Shown: piece after piece, positions 9,711 to 18,107 of the stretch | How positions within the stretch are numbered: position 1 is the stretch's first letter | How the letters are laid out: the number at the start of each line of letters is the position of its first letter | Program-made: the position numbers and the translations under genes | Assembly (NCBI GenBank): GCA_035295985.1 | Contig: DATHBT010000004.1 | Location: 4,170 to 68,169, forward strand | Source: Pyrinomonadaceae bacterium | Lineage (GTDB): Bacteria > Acidobacteriota > Blastocatellia > Pyrinomonadales > Pyrinomonadaceae | Length of the DNA: 64,000 bases | Direction of reading: 5' to 3' | The notes under the pieces: generated by a model | Databases searched by the model: none | The model's input: only the letters and a program-made list of their open reading frames with translations | Told to the model about the DNA's origin: nothing

Positions 9711-9991
9711 CTTGTTATCAACGTCTCCGAATAAAACGATAGAGTCCGGGCCATTAGCGCGGGAGGACGGGTTTTTGTACTATTACCCGTCATCCGGCAG
9801 GCCCGGCCGGGGTGGCAGGGCGATTGGCGTGCCGCCGCAGCGCGCGCCAACCCTCGCGCGCTCCTTTACTGTCAGGAATTACCGGCATAAAACAAGGGCG
9901 GGCGTGCCCGCAATTTCCTCTCAACAAAATCGTGCGTTCGTCGTTAACATTAGGAGCAAGGGGAACGTCAGAGAGGTCGGAGGATCGACTG

Positions 9992-12067
9992 ATGAATAAA
10001 CTTCTGCCGGGCTGTTTGTTCCTGCTCGTCTGCTGTTTTGCCGCGCCGCGTTGCGCCGCGCAGGAGGCGCGCGCCACAGCGACGCCCGCCACCGCGGATG
10101 CCGCGCGGCTCGCGCAACTCGAAAGGCTGATCGGGGGGCTGCGGGAGGAGCTTAAAATCCCGGCGCTCTCGGCCGCCGTGGTTAAAGATCAGAAGATCCT
10201 CTGGGCTAAAGGCTTCGGCTACGCGGACCCGGAGAAGAAAATCCCCGCGACCGAGCACACGCCCTACCACCTCGCGTCGCTGACGAAGACCTTCGCCTCG
10301 ACCGTCATCATGCGGCTCGTGCAGGAGGGGAAGATCAGTCTGGACGATCCGGTCTCGAAGTACGGCGTCAACCTCGACGGCCCCGGCGTCATACGCGTCA
10401 AGCACCTGCTGTCGCACACCTCAGAGGGTGTGCCGGGCGACCGCTACAGCTACAACGGCAACCGCTTCGGCGAGCTGGATAAGGTCGTCGAGCGCGCCAC
10501 GGGCAAGTCGTTCGCCGAACTCCTGATCGCGGACATACTCGACCCGCTCGGCATGGACGAGACCGCGCCGAACGTCCCGCCGACGGTGCAGACGCGTTCG
10601 CCGGCCGGGGCCGACCCGCGCGCGGAAGCCGAAGTCGCCGCGGCGGTCGCGGAACTCGTCGCCGCCTACAACGCGGGCGACGCCGACCGCATCGCTCGCC
10701 GCCTCGGCGCGCAGCAGAATGCCTTCCAGTCGGAGGGCGGCTTCCTGCGCCCCGTCGCGGACGTTGAAGAGCTGCGCGGCGCGTTCCGCTCCGGGGTGAA
10801 GCTGAATTTCGAGATGCGCGAGACGGGCGTGGCCGTTTACGGCGACACGGCGCTCGTGACCGGCTTCTTCGGCGGGACTGTCATGCTGCCCAACGGCTCG
10901 ACGCGCAGGGACGGGCCGCACCGAGCCACGTTCGTCTGGAACAAGCAGAACGGCGAGTGGAAGCTCTTCCACTCGCACCTGTCGCCACCGGGCGCGGCGC
11001 TCATCACAGACAAATGGAGACAGAGGTTCGAGACCGTCTCCGGCACGCTGGCGAAAGCCTACGGGCTGGACGCCAAGTCGAACCCCGTCCCGATCAAGTA
11101 CCCGACCCACTTCAGCACCTCGGCGGGCCTCATCGCCTCCGTGCTCGACATGGCGAAGTACGACATCGCCGTCGATCAGAATAAGTTCCTAAACAAGGAG
11201 ACGCAGCAGCTCGCCTTCACGCCATTCACCTCGACGAAGGGAGAGCCGCTGCCTTACGGCCTGGGCTGGTTCACGCAAAATTACAAGGGCACGCGCCTCA
11301 TCTGGCACTACGGCTACTGGACGGGCAACTCTTCGCTCATCCTCAAAGTGCCCGATCAGAATCTCACCTTCATCGCGATGGCGAACACGGACAACCTCAG
11401 CCGCCCGACCGACCTCGGCGCGGGCGACGTGCTCAGCTCGCCCGTCGGCCTCGCGTTCCTGAAGACCTTCGTCTTCCCCGAAAAGTTCGGCGAGGTCGTC
11501 CCGGCGATCAACTGGCAGGCCGCCCCCGAAGAGCTAAAGGCTCAGTTCAGGGCCGTCGCGCAGAAGCCTTACGCGGACGTTTACAAGAGGGAGTTGCAGA
11601 CGCGGACGCGCGTGCTCACGAGCACGGGGCGGCGCGAAGAAGCGCGGCGGTTGATGGGCGTCTTCGGCGAGCTGTACCTGAGGCCGCTGCCCGCGGAGCT
11701 GGCCGCGAAGACGCCGCTCGCGCAGATCGTCCGCGTCGCGGATGACGAGGACAAGACGGCCGAGTTCACGCTGGCCGGGGACGCGAGCGTGCGCGTCTTC
11801 GCCATCGGCGAAGGCACGGGCGGGCAGATGTACGACTGGGGCTGGATCGAGGACGCCGCGACGGGCCGGAAAATCTGGGAGATGAAGGAGTCGGAGACCA
11901 AACACGCGGGCGGGGCGGGGAAGAACCGCCTGGCCGATGCGGTGGTGACGCTCCCGGCGGGCAAGTACAAACTGCGCTACAAGGCGGACGACTCGCACTC
12001 CTTCGACAACTGGAACGCGCTCCCGCCCGACATCAACTTCTGGGGCATCGCGATCTACGCGCAGTGA
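9992..12067 (+). CDS. secreted serine hydrolase (beta-lactamase/transpeptidase fold) with an inserted NTF2-like domain and a C-terminal extension
   Basis: Start set at ATG 9992, giving the signal peptide MNKLLPGCLFLLVCCFAAPRCAAQ. The SxxK motif (ASLTKTF) and YSYNGN are present. A segment of about 120 aa (about 10620-10990) resembles the SnoaL/DUF4440 NTF2 fold, with VWNKQNGEWKLFHSHLS. Confidence 0.8.
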   Translation: MNKLLPGCLFLLVCCFAAPRCAAQEARATATPATADAARLAQLERLIGGLREELKIPALSAAVVKDQKILWAKGFGYADPEKKIPATEHTPYHLASLTKTFASTVIMRLVQEGKISLDDPVSKYGVNLDGPGVIRVKHLLSHTSEGVPGDRYSYNGNRFGELDKVVERATGKSFAELLIADILDPLGMDETAPNVPPTVQTRSPAGADPRAEAEVAAAVAELVAAYNAGDADRIARRLGAQQNAFQSEGGFLRPVADVEELRGAFRSGVKLNFEMRETGVAVYGDTALVTGFFGGTVMLPNGSTRRDGPHRATFVWNKQNGEWKLFHSHLSPPGAALITDKWRQRFETVSGTLAKAYGLDAKSNPVPIKYPTHFSTSAGLIASVLDMAKYDIAVDQNKFLNKETQQLAFTPFTSTKGEPLPYGLGWFTQNYKGTRLIWHYGYWTGNSSLILKVPDQNLTFIAMANTDNLSRPTDLGAGDVLSSPVGLAFLKTFVFPEKFGEVVPAINWQAAPEELKAQFRAVAQKPYADVYKRELQTRTRVLTSTGRREEARRLMGVFGELYLRPLPAELAAKTPLAQIVRVADDEDKTAEFTLAGDASVRVFAIGEGTGGQMYDWGWIEDAATGRKIWEMKESETKHAGGAGKNRLADAVVTLPAGKYKLRYKADDSHSFDNWNALPPDINFWGIAIYAQ

Positions 12068-12106
12068 AACGGCCAGCGCCCTTCGGCCGCCGCGCGCGGT
12101 CTTAAA

Positions 12107-12949
12107 TCAAAGCAGCGGCCGGATGGCGTTGGCGAGAATGAGAGAAGGGTTCTGCTCGTCAACCGCGCCGCCGTCCTCGACCGTCCAGATCGCGGAGAGG
12201 ACGGCCTGCGCGAACGCCCACGCGAGCGCACGGCCCGCGTCGAGCTTCAACACGGACTCGTAGCGCCTGAGTCTCCTCTCGACCGCGGCCGGCGAGTCGA
12301 ACAGGGTGGGCCGCTCGTATGGGTTGCGGAGCGCCGCGCCGATCTCGTACTCGATCTCGCCGGCCACGCCCTTCGGGTCTATCGCCAGCCAGCCGCGGCG
12401 CGCGTCGAAGAGGACGTTGTAGTGCTGTAGATCGCCGTGGAGCAGCAGCGCCGGCTCGCGCTGCGTCGAGCAAAGCTCGGCGTACAAGCGCCGGCCCTGT
12501 CCGACGAGACGGGGCGGAATCTGCCCGTCGCCGCCGGCTACGTAGCGCCCGAACCCTCTCTCCCAGTCCCGCACCGTGGCAAACACACCCGGCGTCGCGC
12601 GCGGGTGATGTATTCGCCGGATCACTTCCGCCAGAATCTCCGTCGCCTCCTCGTCGCGCCCGCCGAGACTCAACTTGGCTAGAGGCGTGCCCGGCGACGC
12701 CCTTTCGAGCAGCGCCGCGCCGCCTACCTGCGCATAGACGCGCACACTCGCGCGCCCGCCGAACGCTTCAAGCACCTCGCCGCTGCGCCACTCGTCGCCC
12801 GTCGCGCGGCTCACCTTCAGCACGACCGGCTGCGCGCCGCGACGGCCGAACGCGACGAGCGAGCTTGCCGTTTCCAGCGTGCGCTCCACCGCGACGCCCC
12901 ACGCGCGCGCCAACTCATCCGCCCGTTCCGACAGTTGCCCGACACCCAT
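12107..12949 (-). CDS. aminoglycoside phosphotransferase family protein, APH(6)/StrB-like
   Basis: LLHGDLQHYNVLFDARRGWLAIDPKGVAGEIEYEIG matches the catalytic-loop pattern HGDLHxxN...IDPKG of APH(6)-type kinases. ATG at 12949 is preferred. An alternative upstream ATG at 13003 lies only 41 nt from the tRNA. Confidence 0.7.
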   Translation of the reverse strand: MGVGQLSERADELARAWGVAVERTLETASSLVAFGRRGAQPVVLKVSRATGDEWRSGEVLEAFGGRASVRVYAQVGGAALLERASPGTPLAKLSLGGRDEEATEILAEVIRRIHHPRATPGVFATVRDWERGFGRYVAGGDGQIPPRLVGQGRRLYAELCSTQREPALLLHGDLQHYNVLFDARRGWLAIDPKGVAGEIEYEIGAALRNPYERPTLFDSPAAVERRLRRYESVLKLDAGRALAWAFAQAVLSAIWTVEDGGAVDEQNPSLILANAIRPLL

Positions 12950-13043
12950 CGTTTGCTGCTGGCGATGAAAGTGAAAATGAGCGGCTTGGTCGGAGCCGCC
13001 CATCGTTCAGGAAAGCAGGTTTGTTGATTTCAGTAAAAGTGGA

Positions 13044-13126
13044 TACCGGTGGAGGGACTTGAACCCACACGCCCTTGCGGGCAACGGATTTTGAGTCCGC
13101 CGCGTCTGCCATTCCGCCACACCGGC
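13044..13126 (-). tRNA. tRNA-Leu (anticodon CAA), type II with long variable arm, CCA not encoded
   Basis: The reverse strand reads GCCGGTGTGGCGGAATGGCAGACGCGGCGGACTCAAAATCCGTTGCCCGCAAGGGCGTGTGGGTTCAAGTCCCTCCACCGGTA. It has a 7-bp acceptor stem (G1:U72), anticodon stem GCGGA/TCCGT with loop CTCAAAA, variable arm TGCCCGCAAGGGCGT, and T-loop TTCAAGT. The T stem has one U-U mismatch. Confidence 0.85.
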
Positions 13127-13187
13127 GCGAGGGTGGATGATAGGGTTTCGCCGTCGCGAGCGTCAACTCGGAGGTGCGAACGCGGCA

Positions 13188-13255
13188 AATCGTGAACGCG
13201 AACCGTAAACGGTAGAGGACGACTTGTCCTTACCTGTTTACGATTCACGATTCAC
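13188..13255. repeat. imperfect hairpin abutting the VWA gene stop codon (weak member of the heptamer-arm hairpin class)
   Basis: CGTAAACGGTA (13204-13214) pairs with TACCTGTTTACG (13231-13242) with a 1-nt bulge. The flanking CGTGAAC/CGCGAAC units and ACGATTC repeats pair only partly. Confidence 0.4.
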
Positions 13256-14523
13256 TCGTCTTTCGCTTCCTGCTGCGTCATGCCGGCGGCGACGTAGCCG
13301 CGGCGGGAGCGCAGTTCAAGGCCGCTGCGGCGGGGCGTGACGGTGAGGCGGCGGTACTCGGTCGGGGGCGCTTCGGCGAGCGCGCGCTTGGGGCTATAGG
13401 TGACGACGTACTGCGTGCCGATCTCGCGGGCCACCTCCTCGCCCTGCGCGACGAGTTCTTCGTCCGACGCGGGCAGCAGGATTCGGCCGCCCGTCTCAAG
13501 AGTGAGCGTTCGCATCTGCTGCTCGCCGCGTTTCTGGGCGCTCTCGTAGCGCTTGCGCAGGCGGCGCATCGCCGGGTCGAAGTTGACGGTGGCGATGGTG
13601 GCCTGCGCGCCGCCGTTCGCGCCCGGCCCGATCCCGCCGCCGCGGTTGACCGTCGGCGGCGTGCGCGGATCGACGCCCGCGACCGCCACGCCCGACGCGG
13701 CCACGCTGCCCGGCGGCGGCCCGGCCGGCGCTTTCTTACTCTTCTCCTTCTCGACCCTCCTGCCCAGCGTGCCGGTGCCGACGACGTGGACGCTCACCTG
13801 TGCCGCCTGCAAGCGGCGGTACGCCTCCGCGTAGCCCGCGCGCCCGCCGAGCACGCTCGCGTCCGTGAGAATCCTGATCAGCTCTTCGGGCGACGTGTCG
13901 CCGCCCGGCGTCTCGACGCCGTCGGTCAGCAGCACGACGTGGCGGTTGCCGAGCGGCTGATCGGCGAAGAGGCGCGCGGCCTCGTTCAGGGCTTCGGCGT
14001 GGCGCGCGCCCGTGCCCGTAGAGAGTTTCGAGCGCAGCGTGTGGCGCGCGGCTTCGAGGTCGGCCGTCCAAGGCTGGATGAGTTCGGTGCGGCGGTTGAA
14101 CTGGATGACGGCGACCGAATCGCCCTCGCGCAAATGGTTGATGAGGTTTAGGGCCATCTGCCTCGTCGTGTTCGTGCGCTGTCCGGGGTTGAGTTCGCCG
14201 CCGGTGTTGAGGACGAGCAGGACGTGGGCCGGGATGCGGCGGATGCTGCGCACCTGTTGCGGCACGCCGTCTTCCAGGACGAGCACGTCGTCGCGCTCCA
14301 AGGAGGGATCGAAGCGGCCGTACTGGTCGCGCGCGAAGACGGGCACGCGCACCTCCTCGGTGAAGACGCGCACGTCCGGCTGCTGCGCGTCCGCGCCGGC
14401 GGGCGACTGAGCGGGCGTAGGGCTGGGCTTCGCGGGCGGCTGCACGCGGCCCGACTGCGCGCCCGAGTCCGCGGCGAAAAGGAGTGTCAACGCGAGGAGA
14501 AAGACTGCGCGGCGCGTGTTCAT
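13252..14523 (-). CDS. secreted VWA (von Willebrand factor A) domain protein, acidobacterial VWFA-related type
   Basis: Start at ATG 14523 gives the signal peptide MNTRRAVFLLALTLLFAADSGAQ. VRVFTEEVRVPVFARDQYGRFDPSLERDDVLVLEDGVPQQV, followed by VLLVLNTGG, matches my recollection of the N-terminal pattern of the VWFA-related acidobacterial domain family. Confidence 0.78.
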   Translation of the reverse strand: MNTRRAVFLLALTLLFAADSGAQSGRVQPPAKPSPTPAQSPAGADAQQPDVRVFTEEVRVPVFARDQYGRFDPSLERDDVLVLEDGVPQQVRSIRRIPAHVLLVLNTGGELNPGQRTNTTRQMALNLINHLREGDSVAVIQFNRRTELIQPWTADLEAARHTLRSKLSTGTGARHAEALNEAARLFADQPLGNRHVVLLTDGVETPGGDTSPEELIRILTDASVLGGRAGYAEAYRRLQAAQVSVHVVGTGTLGRRVEKEKSKKAPAGPPPGSVAASGVAVAGVDPRTPPTVNRGGGIGPGANGGAQATIATVNFDPAMRRLRKRYESAQKRGEQQMRTLTLETGGRILLPASDEELVAQGEEVAREIGTQYVVTYSPKRALAEAPPTEYRRLTVTPRRSGLELRSRRGYVAAGMTQQEAKDE

Positions 14524-14632
14524 AAAAACTCCGTGGGTGAATCGTACTGACAAAATTACTTCCGGTCAGATGCTCCTAATATGCCGCGCGAGTTGCCTGA
14601 AGAAATAGCCACCAGCCGTCGGCAATCGGCCG

Positions 14633-15640
14633 TCAACTTTGTGTCTTGCGGCTCTGCGATTGGACGGCCGTGATGGCGATGGCGTCAACGATGTCGTCTG
14701 CCTTGCAGCCGCGCGAGAGATCGTTGCAGGGTTTGTCCAACCCTTGAAGGACAGGGCCGATGGCGGTCGCGCCGGCCAGCCGTTCGGTCAGCTTGTAGGC
14801 GATGTTGCCCGCTTGCAGGTCTGGGAAGATGAGGACGTTGGCGCGCCCCGCGACCTGCGACCCCGGCGCTTTCGATTGGCCGACCGAGGGGACGAGCGCG
14901 GCGTCGGCCTGCAACTCGCCGTCGATCTCCAGATCGGGCGCGCGCGCGCGCACCGTCTTCGTCGCCTCCACGACCTTGTCGATTAGCTGGTGTGTGGCGC
15001 TGCCCTTCGTCGAGAAGGAGAGCATGGCGACGCGCGGCTCTGTTTCGAGCAGCGCGCGGCAGGAGTCGGCCGAGGCGACGGCGATCTCGGCCAGCTCGAC
15101 CGAGGTCGGGTTGACGACCACGCCGCAGTCGGCGTAGATGAGCGCGCCTTCGGCCCCGAAGTCCGCGCGCGGCAGGGCCATGACGAAGAAGCTTGAGACG
15201 AGCTTGAAGCCGCGGCGGACGCCGACGCAGTGGAGCGCGGCGCGCACCGTGTGCGCGGTCGTGTTCGTCGCGCCCGCGACCGAGCCGTCCGCGCGGCCCT
15301 GGCGGACGAGCAGGTTGCCGTAGTAGAGCGGGTCTTGCACGGCGATGCGCGCCTCGTCGGGCATGAGGCCCTTGGCGCGGCGCAGCTCGTGGAAGAGCGC
15401 GGCCGTCTTGTCGAAGTCCGGGGCGCGCCGGTGATCGATAATCTCGACGCCGGAGAGATCGGCGTTCGCGTCGCGCGCGGCCTGCCTGATCTTCTCCTCG
15501 GAGCCGAGCACGGTGATGCGCGCGATTTTGTCGCGGGCGCAGATGCCTGCCGCCACGACCGTGCGCGGGTCTTCGCCCTCGGGAAGTATGATGTGCTGCG
15601 GGTCTGCGGCGGCGCGCCGCCGGATGCGTTCGAGGATCAT
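14633..15640 (-). CDS. pta: phosphate acetyltransferase (short form)
   Basis: 335-aa ORF beginning [31 protein letters not shown], with C-terminal [18 protein letters not shown]. Both are typical of Pta. Confidence 0.92.
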   Translation of the reverse strand: MILERIRRRAAADPQHIILPEGEDPRTVVAAGICARDKIARITVLGSEEKIRQAARDANADLSGVEIIDHRRAPDFDKTAALFHELRRAKGLMPDEARIAVQDPLYYGNLLVRQGRADGSVAGATNTTAHTVRAALHCVGVRRGFKLVSSFFVMALPRADFGAEGALIYADCGVVVNPTSVELAEIAVASADSCRALLETEPRVAMLSFSTKGSATHQLIDKVVEATKTVRARAPDLEIDGELQADAALVPSVGQSKAPGSQVAGRANVLIFPDLQAGNIAYKLTERLAGATAIGPVLQGLDKPCNDLSRGCKADDIVDAIAITAVQSQSRKTQS

Positions 15641-15801
15641 GATTAGCTGTTAGCCATTAGCTCTTAGCTGTTAGCCGGAATAAGTAGTGGAGCGCGGGCA
15701 AGTATAGTTCAAGCCGGCGGGGGGCGATAGCGCGCGGCGGTCGGCGGCCGGGTGGCGGCGAAGAGCTAACAGCTAAGAGCCAACGGCTAATGGCTAACAG
15801 C
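15641..15801. repeat. heptamer-arm hairpin, TGTTAGC family, copy A
   Basis: The left arm has 5 units, GATTAGC TGTTAGC CATTAGC TCTTAGC TGTTAGC (15641-15675). The right arm is GCTAACA GCTAAGA GCCAACG GCTAATG GCTAACA (15765-15799). The units pair in register with a few mismatches and wobbles. The loop is 89 nt. The left arm starts immediately after the pta start codon position. Confidence 0.8.
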
Positions 15802-15904
15802 TTTTCCAGACTTTCGCCATGCCTGTAACAAGGCGCGCCGCTATCTAGTGGCCGTTTGAGGGCGAAGCCGTCCGAAAGTCCGTCCGCCGCAGGGAGGGAA
15901 ATCG

Positions 15905-16402
15905 ATGGAGAGCAGATTCAAAGTGCTGGGCCATGGGGCGCACCCGATCCTGATCGTCTTCCCGCTGGGGCTGCTGTCAACCTCGGTCATCTTCGACGTG
16001 ATCTACTTCGCGACGGGCAACGAGCAGTTCTCGCTCGTCTCCTACTGGATGATCGCGGCCGGCGTCATCGGCGGGATCGTCGCGGCCGTGCCGGGCTTCG
16101 TGGACTGGTGGGCCATCCCGCAGGGGACGCGGGCCAAGCGCGTCGGGTTAGTCCACGGCCTCGGCAACGACGTGGTGCTCGTCCTCTTCGGCGTCAGTTG
16201 GTGGCTGCGCCGCGACGCCCCGCCGAACTACCCGCCCGGCGCGGTCGAGGCGCTGCTCTCGTTCGCCGGCTTCGGGCTGGCGCTCTTCACAGGCTGGCTC
16301 GGCGGCGAACTGGTCGAACGGCTCGGCGTCGCCGTGCACGAGGGCGCGCACCTGAACGCGCCGAACACGCTTACGGGCCGGCCCGCGCACGAGGACGAGT
16401 GA
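15905..16402 (+). CDS. DUF2231 domain membrane protein
   Basis: 165-aa ORF with four predicted TM helices. HPILIVFPLGLLSTSVIFDVIYF matches the DUF2231 N-terminal signature. Confidence 0.7.
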   Translation: MESRFKVLGHGAHPILIVFPLGLLSTSVIFDVIYFATGNEQFSLVSYWMIAAGVIGGIVAAVPGFVDWWAIPQGTRAKRVGLVHGLGNDVVLVLFGVSWWLRRDAPPNYPPGAVEALLSFAGFGLALFTGWLGGELVERLGVAVHEGAHLNAPNTLTGRPAHEDE

Positions 16403-16415
16403 GGCGGGAAGGGAA

Positions 16416-16539
16416 TTAGCCACAGAGGGCACAGGGAGCACCGAGGGAGATATAAGGGCCGATCCGAAATCCTCCGAGTGTGGAGTTTCGGATCGGCCCT
16501 TCCGTTTTTCTCCGAGTCCTCTGTGCCCCCTGTGGCTAA
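16416..16539. repeat. nested-palindrome intergenic element, copy 2
   Basis: TTAGCCACAGAGGGCACAGGGA (16416-16437) and TCCTCTGTGCCCCCTGTGGCTAA (16517-16539) flank an inner hairpin at 16454-16469 / 16486-16501. The inner stem core GGGCCGATCCGAAA/TTTCGGATCGGCCC is identical to copy 1. Confidence 0.8.
16454..16510 (+). terminator. Rho-independent terminator of the DUF2231 gene
   Basis: AAGGGCCGATCCGAAA pairs with TTTCGGATCGGCCCTT, followed by CCGTTTTTC (T run 16505-16509). Confidence 0.75.
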
Positions 16540-16576
16540 AACAGGGTGCGACTCGATCACGCCGCGGAGTCGCGCT

Positions 16577-17995
16577 TCAACTTTCGGAATCTTTCAGCGC
16601 GGCGAGCAGCTTGTCGTGGATTCTGTCGAAGCCGCCGTTGGACATGACGGCGACGGTGTCGCCCGCGCGGAGCTGCGGCGCGAGGTGCGCGACGATTGCG
16701 TCCGCGCCGTCGAGGCAGAAGGCGGGCGTCTCGCCGCTCGCGGCAACGTCGCGGACGAGTTCGTCTGCGTCCAGGAGCCGCCCGTACTTGCTGCCCTTGT
16801 CGCGCTCGAAGACCTGCGCGACGACGACGTAGTCGGCCCGCCGCAAAGCCTCGACGTACTCTTCCTGGAAGACCGCGAGGCGCGAGGAGGCGGAGCGCGG
16901 CTCGAAGACGGCGACGAGTCGCCCCTGCCTGTACTTCTCGCGCAGCGCCTGCAAGGTCTCTCGCACGGCCGTCGGGTGGTGCGCGAAGTCGTCGATGACG
17001 GTCACGCCGTTCACAGTGCCGCGCACCTGCATCCGCCGCTGCACGCTCTGGAATGTCGCGAGCGCCTCTTCGATCGCGCTGTTCTCGACGCCCCACGCCG
17101 CGGCGGCGACGATGACGGCCAGACAGTTGCGCACGTTGAACTGGCCGATGAGCGGCGTCTCGAACTCGCCCCACACGCGCCCCTCGCGGAAGACTTTGAA
17201 TCGCGTGCGCTCGCCCGAAAAGTCTATGTCGCGCGCCTGCCACGCGGCGTCTTCCGACGTGCCGAAGGTCTCGACCCGCGTGTGGAGGCGCGCGCCCATC
17301 GCGCCCACGACTTCGCGCACGGCTGGGCTGCCCCATCCGGCGACGAGGCGGCCATTTCCCGGCACCAGATTGATCAGACGCTGGAAGGCCGTCTTGATCG
17401 CGTCGAGGTTCTGGTAGATGTCGGCGTGGTCGAACTCGATGTTGTTGACGATTGCGACCTCGGGCAGGTAGTGCATGAACTTCGGCCCCTTGTCGAAGAA
17501 GGCCGTGTCGTACTCGTCGCCCTCGATGATGAAGTGGTCGCTGTCCGTAACCCTGAAACTCTTGCCGAAGTTCTGCACGACGCCGCCGACGAGGAACGAG
17601 GGGTTGAGGCCGCCGACCTCCATCACCCACGTCGCGATGCTCGTCGCGGTGGTCTTGCCGTGCGTGCCGGCGACGACGAGCGAGCGCCGCCCGCGTATGA
17701 ACTCCTCCTTCACGACCTCGGCCTGCGAGCGGTACACGAGCCTCCGGTTCAGAGTCTCCTCGACCTCGGCGTTGCCGCGCGACAGTGCGTTGCCGATGAC
17801 GACGCAGTCGGGCGCGGGGGTAAGGTTGCCGGGCGCGTACCCCTGGGCGACCGGGATGCCCAGCCCTTCGAGCATCGTGGACATCGGCGGATAGACGTTC
17901 GCGTCCGACCCCGTCACCCTGTGCCCGCGCGCCTGCAACATCCCGGCCAAGCTAGCCATCGCCGTCCCGCAGATTCCGATCAGGTGGTAGTGCAT
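16577..17995 (-). CDS. mpl: UDP-N-acetylmuramate:L-alanyl-gamma-D-glutamyl-meso-diaminopimelate ligase
   Basis: MHYHLIGICGTAMASLAGMLQARGHRVTGSDANVYPPMSTMLEGLGIPV is the Mpl N-terminal signature. The Mur-ligase P-loop GTHGKTTT is present. Confidence 0.92.
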   Translation of the reverse strand: MHYHLIGICGTAMASLAGMLQARGHRVTGSDANVYPPMSTMLEGLGIPVAQGYAPGNLTPAPDCVVIGNALSRGNAEVEETLNRRLVYRSQAEVVKEEFIRGRRSLVVAGTHGKTTATSIATWVMEVGGLNPSFLVGGVVQNFGKSFRVTDSDHFIIEGDEYDTAFFDKGPKFMHYLPEVAIVNNIEFDHADIYQNLDAIKTAFQRLINLVPGNGRLVAGWGSPAVREVVGAMGARLHTRVETFGTSEDAAWQARDIDFSGERTRFKVFREGRVWGEFETPLIGQFNVRNCLAVIVAAAAWGVENSAIEEALATFQSVQRRMQVRGTVNGVTVIDDFAHHPTAVRETLQALREKYRQGRLVAVFEPRSASSRLAVFQEEYVEALRRADYVVVAQVFERDKGSKYGRLLDADELVRDVAASGETPAFCLDGADAIVAHLAPQLRAGDTVAVMSNGGFDRIHDKLLAALKDSES

Positions 17996-18107
17996 AAGAA
18001 GCTGTTGGCTATTAGCTGTTAGCTGTTAGCCGGAAGAAATTAGCTTTCAGTCTCCGCCCCGGTTGTAATTCTCGGTTTTGCTAACAGCTAACAGCTAATA
18101 GCTATTC
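17996..18107. repeat. heptamer-arm hairpin, TGTTAGC family, copy B
   Basis: AAGAAGC TGTTGGC TATTAGC TGTTAGC TGTTAGC (17996-18030) faces GCTAACA GCTAACA GCTAATA GCTATTC (18080-18107). Positions 18010-18030 pair perfectly (21 bp) with 18080-18100. The loop is 49 nt. The element fills the gap between the HK stop and the mpl start. Confidence 0.85.

Noticed and set aside
14613-14672. Short GCCGTCG/GCAATCG-type repeats around the pta stop codon as another heptamer hairpin
   Set aside because: Only about 8 bp can pair (CGGCCGTC with GACGGCCG), and the other repeated segments are in the wrong order for a hairpin. Part of the region lies inside the pta coding sequence.
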